Source: Octopus vulgaris (lineage: Eukaryota). Taken from it: a stretch of DNA of 64,000 nucleotides. Location of the stretch: assembly GCA_951406725.2 (NCBI GenBank), contig OX597827.1:34410001-34474000 (forward strand), read 5' to 3'. Under the pieces are notes generated by a model, which was not told where the DNA came from, searched no databases, and was given only the letters and a program-made list of their open reading frames with translations. The position numbers were made by a program, and so were the translations under genes. Shown piece after piece: positions 53,133 through 64,000 of this stretch (within the stretch, counting starts at the first letter, position 1; every line of letters begins with the position of its first letter).

Positions 53133-55130
53133 CAGCGATTCTCAACCGGGGTTCCCCAGAACCCTAAGGTCCCGCAAAAGGTTCCACGGGGTTCCGCGAG
53201 GAAGAATGAGATAAGCTAATGCTAATTTCATGATCGTAATATATATGCACAACCTATTATTGGTTATTGTAACTTAGTAATATATAGACATCATCCTATC
53301 AAACCTATTATGTTATCAAAAAAATATAACAACCATTGGGGATATATTTAGTGATGTCTGTAATTTATGGACACCATGTATTTTTTTCTTTATTTTTACA
53401 GAAATACCTAATAACCCAATATAGTAGTTTTTTGAAGAGGAAACATTCAGTAAATTCGGATGAGGCTAGTTATGAAGAGCCACAATCTTCAGACCAATTC
53501 CACTGCACTAGTAGTTCAACAACGGAAAGAAAGAAAAATTCTCCCATTCCACTGTGTGTCGTCTATGGCAAACAACTTCCAAATGCAGCAATGCCTCCAG
53601 CTAAACCAAAAAGACACTTCACAACATACGATTTTTTTAAAGGCTGTTGGAATCTCAGAAGAAACAGAGTACAGCTTTTGTGAGTAAAGTTAGTGTCAGT
53701 GACTAGGCTCTTGAAGCAAGTTATTTAGTAGCAGAAATTTATGCACAGAAAAGGAAAAGTCGCATAGTTGGTGAGAACTTAATACTGCCAGTTTGTAAAA
53801 TTATAGTTGGTAAAATTCTTGGGCAAAATGCACTACAAGAAATTGAAAATGTTCCATTTTCAGATAGTACAATAAGTCGACGCATTGATGACATAGCACA
53901 TGACATTGAAGAAGTTTTGCGTGACAAAATGAAAAATAGCAGTTTTTCTATTCAGTTTGATGAGTCAACAGATCTTATCAATAATTGTCACGTAGCTTTT
54001 GTAAGATTTGTCAAAGAGGGTGAAATTCAAGAAAATTTTCTATGCTGCAAAGAACTGCCTCAGACAAGCAAAGAAATAGATGTATTCAACATTTTGTCCT
54101 CATATCTGGAAAACAAGAGATCTCTCCTGGAAGGGCTGTGTTGGCATTTGTACTGATGGCGCCTCATCAATGGTTGGCTCCATAAAAGGTTTTGTTTCTC
54201 TTGTTGAACAAGAAAATCCTGATATAATCTCAACATACTGCTTTCTTCACAGAGAGGACTTGATTTCAAAATCACTGGGAAATGAATTGAAAAAAGTTTT
54301 TGACGATGCTACAAAATTGGTCAACTTTATTAAACAAAGACCAGTTCACCCCAGAATTTTTAAAAGACTGTGTGAATGCATGAACAAAGAACGTATAAAT
54401 CTATTGCTATATACGGAAATCCGGTGGCTGGGTAGAGGAAAAGGTTTACATAGGTCGTTTGAGGTGAGAGATGAGTTGCAGAAATACTTTCAAGAAACCA
54501 ATAAGCAAGATTTTGCTAAGTGCTTTGAAGATGAAAATATGACTGCAGAGGCTTATAAGACATTTTTCATCACGTGAATCAACTGAACAAGTCACTGCGA
54601 AGCCCCAGAGAAAATATACTGGCTTCAAGTGATAAAATTCTTGCATTTAAAAGCAAAGTGAATGTGTGGGAAAAACATGTAGCAAAAGGAAATTTTGAGA
54701 TGTTTCCGCTACTTCATGGGCTTAAAAGTGTAAAGGGATATCAGAAAATTTCAAGTCTTATTGAATCCCACCTGGATGGACTATATATCAGAACTGAAAA
54801 TTACTTTCCTTCCCTTTCAACGCAGGTATATAATTGGTTGAAGGATCCATACTCTGAATCTTTTGGTCATCCTGATAACCTGACTTTAAAAGAAGAGGAA
54901 GAACTTTGTGAGCTGCAGTGTGATCGTACAATCAAAATAAGATTTACAGACCTGTCTCTGAACAAGTTTTGGATTTCTTTGAAAAAAGAGTATCCTGCCA
55001 TTCATAGGAAAGCAGTAAACATATTGCTGCAGGTTTCAACCTCTTACATGTGTGAGCAAGCCCTTTCTTATTGAACATGTATCAAGAGCAAAGACAGAAA
55101 TCGTCTCCTTTCAATTGAAAATGAAATCCG
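53133..55130 (+). mobile_element. hAT-Charlie (Buster/ZBED5-like) transposon fossil, right end missing
   Basis: Left TIR CAGCGATTCTCAAC after GTCTGAAG (nTnnnnAn); PLCVV..M.PAK.KRH, FSIQFDESTD, CTDGASSM, CFLHRE, TEIRWL, STSYMCEQA; several frameshifts. Confidence 0.9.
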
Positions 55131-55438
55131 TGAGAGAGGGAGAGAGAGAGAGGGAGAGAGAGAGAGGGAGAGAGAGAGGGGGGAGATTGAGTCGGTGCAT
55201 AATTATTGCGGCTTTTTTTCAACAGATGTTTTTCAACAAAAACAATAACAACATGTAATAAAAACATCTTTAAATGATTACTCCGGAGCCTTTTCGCCAT
55301 CTACTTCAATTACTGATTCTCATTTGACTGGCAGAGAGTCAGACCGTCATTTAAAGATGTTTTTGTTAAATATTGTTATTGTTTATATACATATGTATAT
55401 ATATACATATATATATATTTGTATATATATAAATGTAC

Positions 55439-55533
<95 letters not shown>

Positions 55534-55786
55534 AGATGTATTTGCATAGCAAGTGAAATGATCTGAAATCGTTTGCTAAAACGAAAACAATTACAACGTG
55601 GAAGGTGTTTATAAGCCATTTAAGGCTATAGTAGAAGACACTTGCCCAAGGTGCCACGCAGTGGGACTGAACCCGGAACCATGTGGTTGGTAAACAAGCT
55701 ACTTACCACACAGCCACTCCTATATATATATGTACATATATATGCACATATTGTATATATATATGTACATATATATGCACATATTG

Positions 55787-55832
<46 letters not shown>

Positions 55833-55833
<1 letters not shown>

Positions 55834-56131
55834 CTTTATATATAAAAGTGAAGTTGTGTGAGTGTCTGTCTTCTACGATTTAGATTCCTAACTACTCCCA
55901 CATTTTGCGGTGCAGTTTAACCAAAACCGGGTATCTTATAGTCGTGATTCATATCGAGCCCTTCTGGGTATTAGCGCGCGTCTACGATGAGTCTACAATT
56001 TTAAAAAAATTTACCATCATTTTTTCCATTTTAATGCATTTATTTGCTATTATATAAGGGAAGTAACTCTCTAAAAATGCTTATATAGTTATTTCCCTTA
56101 CAAACCCGAGCAACGCCGGGCGATACTGCTA

Positions 56132-56132
<1 letters not shown>
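55833..56132 (+). mobile_element. Minimal 300-bp non-autonomous Helitron
   Basis: A|TCTTTATATATAAAA ... CCCGAGCAACGCCGGG CGATACTGCTAG|T. Confidence 0.9.
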
Positions 56133-56177
<45 letters not shown>

Positions 56178-56341
56178 CTAAAAAAAACTAGACTCAACAC
56201 TACCTAAGCATGTTTTTATATTTCATCTTTCACAATATTTTTATTAATATCCGAATGAGTTATGCGATACGGACTCAATGCAGTCTCCTGTAACAACGTA
56301 CTTTTCTTCGTTCACGACTTTTCTGATGTATCCTTCATTTT

Positions 56342-56450
56342 TGCACTGAGGAGAATGGTAATATGTAATTAAATTAATTTAATTATAATTAATTTAATCT
56401 CTTCCATGTTTCTCACATGTTGGTGTTACCTTTTGAAACGATCGTATGTA
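56342..56450 (+). ncRNA. Type-I hammerhead ribozyme, canonical core, long AU-rich stem II
   Basis: UGCA-CUGAGGA-GAAUGGUAAUA...UGUUACCUUUU-GAAA-CGAUCG-UA-UGUA; palindromic stem III. Confidence 0.75.
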
Positions 56451-56699
56451 TGAATTAAAATTTTATAAAACTTTTAACATCTCTTCTCTATCTTTAATTG
56501 TTTTGTGAGTTTAAATAGGACTATAAATGCACATAATACACCTTATACTTATATATGTACATATATATATATACATATATATGTACATAATGTATACATA
56601 CATATATATATGCACATACATATATATATATGTACATACATATATATATACGTGTGTACATATGTATATGTGTACAAACATATATATATGTACATACAT

Positions 56700-58590
56700 T
56701 ATCATCATCATCGTTTAACGGCCATTTTCCATAGTGACATGGGTTGGACGGTTTGACTGAGGTCCGGAGAGCCAACAGCTGCACCAGGTTCCAATATGAT
56801 CTGGTAATGTTTCTACAGCTAGATACTCTTCCTAATACCAACCACTCCAAGAGTGTAGTGTGTGCTTTTTACGTGCCACTGGCACAGGAGCCAGTCAGGT
56901 GGGCCTGGCATCGATCACGTTCGGATGATGCATTTTACGTACCACTGGTACAAGAGCCAGTCAGGGAGTACTAGTATCGGCCACGATCGGCTGGTGCTTT
57001 TTACGTACCACTGGCACGGGAGCCAATCAGCGGACCTGGTATCGACCACTTTTGGATGGTGCTTTTTACGTGCCATCTGCACGGGGGGCAGTCAGGCGGA
57101 CCTGGCATCGACCACGTTCGAGTGGTGCTTTTTACGTGTCACCGGTACGGGAGCCAGTCAGGAGGCACTGGCCCCAACTACGATATTGGTTTTACTTGAC
57201 TCAACAGGTCTTCTCAAGTATATCATATCGTCCGACGTATCAGGAGTATTCTTCACAGGGCCGAACATGCGTGGCTGCGATCTCACTTTAGTTGCCGAGT
57301 CTTCTCAATCACAGCATATCTCCTAAGGTCTCGCTCTCCTGTCATTGTCTCTGTGAAGCCCAATGTTCTAAGGTCATGCTTCACCACCCCATCCCATGTC
57401 TACCTGAGTCTACCTCATCCACAGATTCCTTCTACCGTTAGGGAGCGGTACTTCCTCGTATAGCTGTCTTCATTCATACGTAACACATGGCCCTACCAAC
57501 GCAGTCGTCTCTCTTGCACACCACATTTGATGCTTCTTATGCCCAACTTTTCTCTCAGTGCTTACACTCTGACGTGTATGTAGTATGTACACTGACGTTA
57601 CACATCCAGCGAGTCATACTAGCTTCTTTCCTTTCAAGCCTATGCATGTTCTCGGCATTCATGGCCCATGTTTCACTGCCGTGTAACATAGCAGTTCGCA
57701 CACATGCATCATACAGTCTACCTTTCACCCAAAGCAAGAGGCCCCTAGTTGCCAGCAGAGGTAGGAGCTCCTTGAACTTTGCCCAGGCTATTCTTACTCT
57801 AGTCGGTATACTCTCAGAACAATCACCCCTACTACAAACTTGGCCGCCTAGGTAGCAGAAGCTATTAACTAGTTTCTCCCCTTGGCATGTGATGGAATCT
57901 GTTTTCTGTACATCTGCAGTGTTTATTGCCCCAGTGCATCTGACACACGCAAAAACTATTTTCCCGGTTAACCATCCTTTGATATTGCTGCACATTTTAT
58001 GTGTCCATAGCTTACACAGGGTACATCGTATGGAGTTTCTAACCACGCATTTTCTACAAATTGAGCAGGGCCATCTACCTGAAGGGGGTTGTGATTTACT
58101 AAGACTTTGGTTTGGGCTAGATTAACTCTAAGGTCTTTCGATTCTAGACCTTGCTTCCACAACCTAAACTTCGTCTCCACTCCTGGCAGTGACTCGGCTA
58201 TTAGAGCAAGGTCATCAGCATAGAGGAGCTCCCTGGGGCAGCCTATATTGAATTCTTCTGTTATTGCCTGGAGGACTATAATGAATAAGAGGCGGTTGAG
58301 GACTGATCCTTGGTGGACCCCTACTCGGAATTCTTCACTATACTCGTTGCCATCCCTGTACAGGGCTTGTACAGCTCTTTACTAGCCACTCGTCTATCCC
58401 CAGTTTCCGCATTGACCACCAGATAAGGGATCGGAGGACCCTGTCAAAGGCTTTCTCCGAGTCAACAAAAGCTAATTACAGAGGTTTATCTTTGGCTGGG
58501 TATTTCTCCTGTAGTTGCCTTACCAGAAATATAGCATCAGTGGTGCTTCTGCCTGGCACAAAACCAAACTGCATCTTATCTAGGCTAACT
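56700..58590 (-). mobile_element. RTE-clade LINE, 5'-truncated, with (ATG)n tail and tandem-repeat 3' UTR
   Basis: QFGFVPGRSTTDAIF, EKAFDRV, HQGSVLN, ELLYADDL, inserted CSIC..CTLCKLWTHKMC finger, FCYLG, LHGSETW; five units of about 61 bp at 56860-57180. Confidence 0.88.
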
Positions 58591-58679
58591 TACTCGTGTG
58601 TGTGTGCGCGCGCGCGCGTACATACATATACCTTACTTTGATAGGTTTCGGTCAGTAATAGCACTGGCTGGCAAAGCCA

Positions 58680-60105
58680 TTCAAATCATGAATCGGACAT
58701 GGCCCACTCAAGGTGAGAGTCATTGTTTATGGAGACATATCCGGGTGTAGGAGCTTTATCCGAGATTTGTTGAAGGAATTTGTCCAAAGACTTCTTGAAC
58801 TTTTTGGGGTCTGTTTCCACTTTAATAAGTAATGGTGTAATTTTAAAGAGAGAGGGGCCAATTGAGGCGAAACAATTGTACCGTACTGTTGTTATGTGAT
58901 GCGAGTATGATTTATGTTGTGGGCGGATAGCGCAGGGTCCAAGTTTTGTGTGTATCTTAAAGGCGATTTCAACATCATTTGGGCAATGCTGATGGAATGT
59001 TTTCCGTATCATGCAGATGATGTAGCACTCACAGTGGCGTTGGAGAATAAAGCTTGAGCTTTTCTAGTCGACCCCAATAGTCAAGGACTGTCATGCCATC
59101 TATCATTTTTGTAATTGACCTCTGAGGTGCTTCAGTTTTCATGATACTTTGTTTCGTGTGGGGAGACTACAGTGGACAACAGTATTCAAGGTGGAGTCGC
59201 GGAAAAGTAGAGAAGGATTACGGTGTGGATATCTCTCGACTGGAAAGTTCTGAGAATCCAGGAGCACATTCTGCGGGCCATGTCAACTTTGCTGTTTATA
59301 TGAGCGGCCTAGCTTATTTTGTTGACCACAATTACTCTCTGACGTTGTTGGATGACATGAAAATTTCACCTAAAGGGAGTATGGGAGTTTCTGGGTACCC
59401 TCTTTTCCGAAGTGGATTAATTCAAATCTGTCCTCGTTTAGCAGCATATTATTCTTTTCCGACCATTGGATGACAGCCAGAAGATCTGACTGGAGATATG
59501 CCTGGTCACCCACTTCACTGATGACCTTCTGGATCTTGGAATCATCTGCAAAGATTTTTATGCTGTTGTGCTTGATTATGTCAGTAATGTCACTGATGCA
59601 GACGATGAAAAGAAGTGGACCCAACACAGTGCCTTGTGGAACACCACTACTGACTTTGGCTGGGCTTGATTTTACTCCTTCGACTACTTATTGGGTTCTG
59701 CCTGTCAGGAAACACTTCATCCATTGTAGTAACTTTCCAGAGACACCAATGTTGGATAGTTTTTTCAAGAGGATCTTAAGATCCACCCTGTCAAAGGCCT
59801 TGCTGAAATCAAGGTAGATGACATCAGTATTCGAGCCCTCTCTTAAAGCTCTCAAAATGTCATCTAGATGATGCAGGAGCCGCGTTAAGCAGTTCCCTCC
59901 ATTACAGAACCCATGTTGGGGTTCAGTAGTCTGTTACTTTCAAGAAAGTGGGTTATCCGTGATCTCACCACCCTCTCAAATACCTTGATGATATGAAAGG
60001 TGAGCGAGATCAGCCGGTAGTTCACTGCAAGGGACTTGTTTCCCTTTTTAAAAACTGAGACAGAAGGTTTTCAGGTATATAACCAGCATCCAGTGAGTTC
60101 CTCCA
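58680..60105 (-). mobile_element. Second CR1/L2-type LINE RT fragment
   Basis: NYRLISL, YLDFSKAFDRV, GVPQGTVLGPLLF, FADDSK, LEYCCPL, GPSLF..P. Confidence 0.85.
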
Positions 60106-60292
60106 CCGATTAGCGAGCTGGCAGAATCGTTAGCACGCCGGGCGAAATGCTTAGCGGTATTTCGTCTGCTGTTACGTTGTGAGTTCAAATTCCGCTGAGG
60201 TCGACTTTGCCTTTCATCCTTTCGGGGTCGTGGGTCGATGTAATCGACTTAATACCTATGTCTGTCCTTGTTTGTCCCCTCTATATTTAGCC

Positions 60293-61260
60293 CCTTGTTT
60301 CTGCCTGTCTCTGTCTCTCTTATTTACTCTTGTGGGTTCGAGGTCGTTGTGAATTCTTTGTAGGGAAGAAGAAGAAGAAAAAAAAAGAAAAAGAAGAATG
60401 CAGGAGTGCCATGATAGTAGTATGTTAAATGGTCAAGTGCCCTGACACATCGACATTTGCGCCAATAACAAAAATCCAAGCTTCAAAATTTTTGCGCTCT
60501 ACCAATTCAGGGACGATACAACCTGTAGCCAATGAATTAGTAAAGAGACTCTCTTTATTACAAAATACAGACCACTTTTGAACGCATCTACAACAAATGA
60601 CATATCCACCACGGCCTTAGAATAACACAAACACACACGCAAATATTAAAAATGATACACACAAGAGATCCCCAAAAATACAAAAAATGGTCCCAATTAC
60701 TGCTACAATCCATAACGATCCACTTTTAGGTCACTTGACCATTTAACATCCAACTACTATCACACTACCTACATTCCTTCTTATTCTCCCTTTTCTTCTT
60801 CTTCCTCTCCGCTACCTCCTTCCTAACTTTACCACTATTGCTGTTTAGAATAACACCTACGCAAATTTTATACGCAAAACATTCAAGAGATGTCTCAAGA
60901 ACTCAATCACTACTACCATTCACAATGGGTCACTTTCTGGGCACTTGACCATTTAACATACTACTATCATGTCACACCCGCATTCTTCTTCTTCCCTACA
61001 AAGAATTCACAATGACCTCGAACCCACAAGAGTAAACAGAGACGGGCAGAAACAAGGAAAATGCCCCTTGTATTTGAATACTATGCAAATATTCTTTTAA
61101 AAAAATTTTTTATAAATATATAAAAAATTTAATTGTTTTCCATACTTACACTTGAAAAAGTCTCAATGACTGAAACTGAAATGTTTGTTATAAAATTATT
61201 TTAGTATTTTCTTCTTTGACTTTTTCCATATATATCAACTCGTGTTCCTTTTCAACCTTC
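60293..61260 (+). mobile_element. 5'-truncated Penelope-like element with inverted terminal repeat
   Basis: 60293-60442 is the reverse complement of 60939-61057; 60446-60590 encodes HIDICANNKNPSFKIFALYQF..KETLFITKYRPLLN; eroded hammerhead-like UUGAAAA-AGUC(UCAAU)GACU-GAAAC at about 61150-61180. Confidence 0.8.
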
Positions 61261-61263
61261 TAC

Positions 61264-61308
<45 letters not shown>

Positions 61309-62779
61309 TACATGGAAGAAGGAGAACCTGCCTAAAATGTACCCAATCAAAAGACTTACTATCTGAACCAACAGCAACTTAGTCCCCCATGGTAGCTTAA
61401 CAACTGATATTGGTTTGTTTATATCTCCATTAACTAAGCAGTTCAGTAAAAGGAACAATAACACAAGTACCGACTTTAAATGAGTATTGTGGTCAACTTG
61501 AGTAAACCCCTCAAAGTTGTGCCCCAGTATGGCCACAGTCCAACGAGTGAAACAAGTACAAGTCGGAAAAAATAGAAGTGAACTCCTCAGTCATTTTCTA
61601 TGTTCCAAGTGATTGTGGAAACTTAAAATATTGGTTTCTTCTCTGCAGTGGTTTTTCCCTGGTTTATGAGATAATATCCACCAATTTATCTTTTTTTAGT
61701 TTCAGTCAATAGACTGCGGCTATGCTGGCACACCAGCTTCAAGAATTCTTAGTCGAATGAATTGACCCCAGTACTTTTTTTTAAGCTTTTTGCTTGTTCT
61801 ATTGATCTCTTTTGCTGAACTGCTAAGTTAAAGGAACATAAACACATCAACACCAATTGTAAAGCAGTGGTGGGGGACAAACTCAGACAAAGACACACAC
61901 ATACACGATGGGCTTCTTTCAGTTTCTGTCTTTCAATCCACACACAAAGCTTTGTTCAACTTGAGGCTGTGGAAGACACTTGGCCATGGTGCCACACGGG
62001 AGAAGTGAACTCAGAAAAAGGTTATTGGAAAGCAAGCTTCTTATCACACAGCCATGCCTGCGCCTATTGGCGCACCTACACCTGTAGGCACACCTGCACC
62101 TATTGATTACTATTCCTTATAACCATAGATGAGAAATTTAATTTAAATTCATAAACCAGGTAGATATGATGAAATCCAATTCAAACTTTTTTTATGAAGT
62201 TTTCAGTTAGAATGGAATTCAAAATTTCAATTTCAATTTCAATTCTTTCACTTCTACAGTCTACTTTTCCCCAGTTTTGAACTTTAAGTGCTTCTGCTGG
62301 AGGAACTGCATAGTGCTAGCAATACAACTTGAACCATCTGCTAGTATTTCGTCATCATCATTTAACATTGATGTTCCATGCTGTTGTGGGTTGAATGGTT
62401 TGACAAGTTTGATGGGTCCAAAGACAGCATGGTACCTCAGTGTCTGCTATGACATGGTTCTTATGGCTGGATACCCTTCCTAATGACAGTAACTTTATAA
62501 CATGTACTAGGTGCTTTATTTGTGTGTATCACTAGCACTAATGAGTTCATCATACTGCTCACAAAACTACAAAACCTAGAGTGGAATCTTTATGTGAAAA
62601 GATGAAGGGGTTACAGTATGAAAGAAGGAAAGGAGGGAAGGGCAGGCAGAAAAAATAAACAACTTTTGCTTCTACAACACAAAAATAACAGCCAAAGAAA
62701 CATTAAAAAAGATTTAATAACTGTGACAGAAAAACACATTTTATCACAATTTTTTCCATACTTCTGTTTTTCGTTTATA

Positions 62780-63346
62780 TCATTTGGTAATCCTATCATA
62801 AAATATCGACTCTGTCGCTTTCAAAAAGAAAAGCTCTGCCTTGATTTTGTCAATTTGCTCTTTGTCAGAATTATTTGGATGTGAAAACAGTTCCTTGGTC
62901 CTGCGTGACTCAATTTTAGCAACAATGTTCTGTTTAGGGTCAAGACTCTTCATATTATTGTTGCATGTGCTCTCAGCAAATTCTAAATTGTTAGCTTCAG
63001 GTAGGTTAAAGTCATGCAAAGAACACACTATAATATCAAAAGTTGATTTAGCAGTCTTTTGGTCATTTAAGAGACACAATATTTTCCAAAAGAAACTGTC
63101 ATATTTTTGTTTTTTTTTTGTTTTTTCCACCCAGTCATGATCGTTAATTAAATCATCATTCTCTTCCAGCCAAAGAGCAAAAGGATTAATATAACTTTCT
63201 TGTGTTTTTTCCACCCAGTCATGATTATTAATTAAATTATTCTCTTTCAGCCTAAGAGCAATATGATTAATATGACTTTGTTTAAGTTCTCCTAAGTATG
63301 TGTTGCGAAATTTATTCAGATATTCGTTGTCTGAATTACTGGTCAT
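62780..63346 (-). CDS. Probable CARD/death-fold domain protein (exon acceptor at 63404)
   Basis: Non-repetitive 188-codon ORF from ATG 63346 after a TTTTTCAG acceptor; helical pattern YLNKFRNTYLGEL..IALRLKENNLIN..FFWKILCLL..TFDIIVCSL..EANNL fits a CARD-like consensus by eye; internal 27-28 aa duplication. Confidence 0.5.
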   Translation of the reverse strand: MTSNSDNEYLNKFRNTYLGELKQSHINHIALRLKENNLINNHDWVEKTQESYINPFALWLEENDDLINDHDWVEKTKKKQKYDSFFWKILCLLNDQKTAKSTFDIIVCSLHDFNLPEANNLEFAESTCNNNMKSLDPKQNIVAKIESRRTKELFSHPNNSDKEQIDKIKAELFFLKATESIFYDRITK

Positions 63347-64000
63347 CTTAACTATAACGATGGGAGTCACGAGGAAACTTCTTGGTGACAGAACAAACCG
63401 CTGCCTGAAAAATATAAAAGAAAAGATACCATTAAATAAATGTGTTTGATGCTATTAGAAATGTTGTTCAACACCAGGTCAGAACTAATCATGAACACCA
63501 ATGATCAAAAGCATTCCATCCGTGACCATCCAAATATTTTTGTATATCCAGCACTACATTGTCTAGTTTCATGTGGCTGGTAGTGGTCATATGATCATTT
63601 AATGCCCATGTTCAATGTTCGCATGGGTTGGATGATTTGATAGGAGCTGTTGGATGATTTGATAGGCTCTGTTGTCTGTTTTGACACAGCTTCTACATAC
63701 ACACACAAATCTGTAAAAGTTATACCATAAAAACCTAGAAATAAACACTATAGTAGAAAATTAATAAAATTATTATACTAAATAATTACTTACATTATTT
63801 ACTAGACATTAAATCTACTAGGTCCAATGACTACACAATACCCCAGTGACTGCTTTGGCATGGTTTCTACAGCTGGATGCCCTTCCTAATGCCAATAAAT
63901 TTATAATGTGTACTAGGTACTTTATCTCAAGTTACTGGAAATAATGGGGTTATCAAGTAACTTGCAAAGCAAAATGACAGGTAAAAGAAAAGAACAGAAA

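Noticed and set aside
53336-55074. Domesticated ZBED5/SCAND3/FAM200-like host gene
   Set aside because: Multiple frameshifts and stops plus a retained TIR indicate a dead Charlie transposon.
56860-57180. Repeat-spacer appearance resembling a CRISPR array
   Set aside because: The 'spacers' are similar to each other, it sits in a LINE 3' UTR, the context is eukaryotic and there are no cas genes.

Overview
Eukaryotic, AT-rich, microsatellite-saturated genomic DNA. The SINE/LINE repertoire and (TA)n/(CA)n/(TAA)n density look like a coleoid cephalopod (Octopus-like); this is inferred, not proven. Most of the window is decayed transposons: a Tx1/L1-clade LINE, a near-intact mariner, two CR1/L2-type LINEs, an RTE LINE, a cluster of Dong/R4 RLE-LINEs sitting in (TAA)n, a HERO fragment, four Helitrons, a hAT-Charlie fossil, Tc1 scraps, MITEs, many tRNA-derived SINEs and at least five Penelope-like (GIY-YIG) fragments. 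Two host genes are visible on the minus strand: a 4-exon mucin-like single-pass membrane protein (about 385 aa, 39229 to 18852) and a probable CARD/death-fold exon (63346 to 62780). The most striking hidden layer is RNA structure. By eye I find about 12 type-I hammerhead-ribozyme motifs, mostly with short palindromic stem III, attached to Penelope-like remnants and long inverted repeats. They include canonical cores, A3-U8 compensatory variants, recurrent U4C variants, and one hammerhead inside a tRNA-headed (Pol III) SINE-like element. All calls are manual; no alignment or folding software was run.
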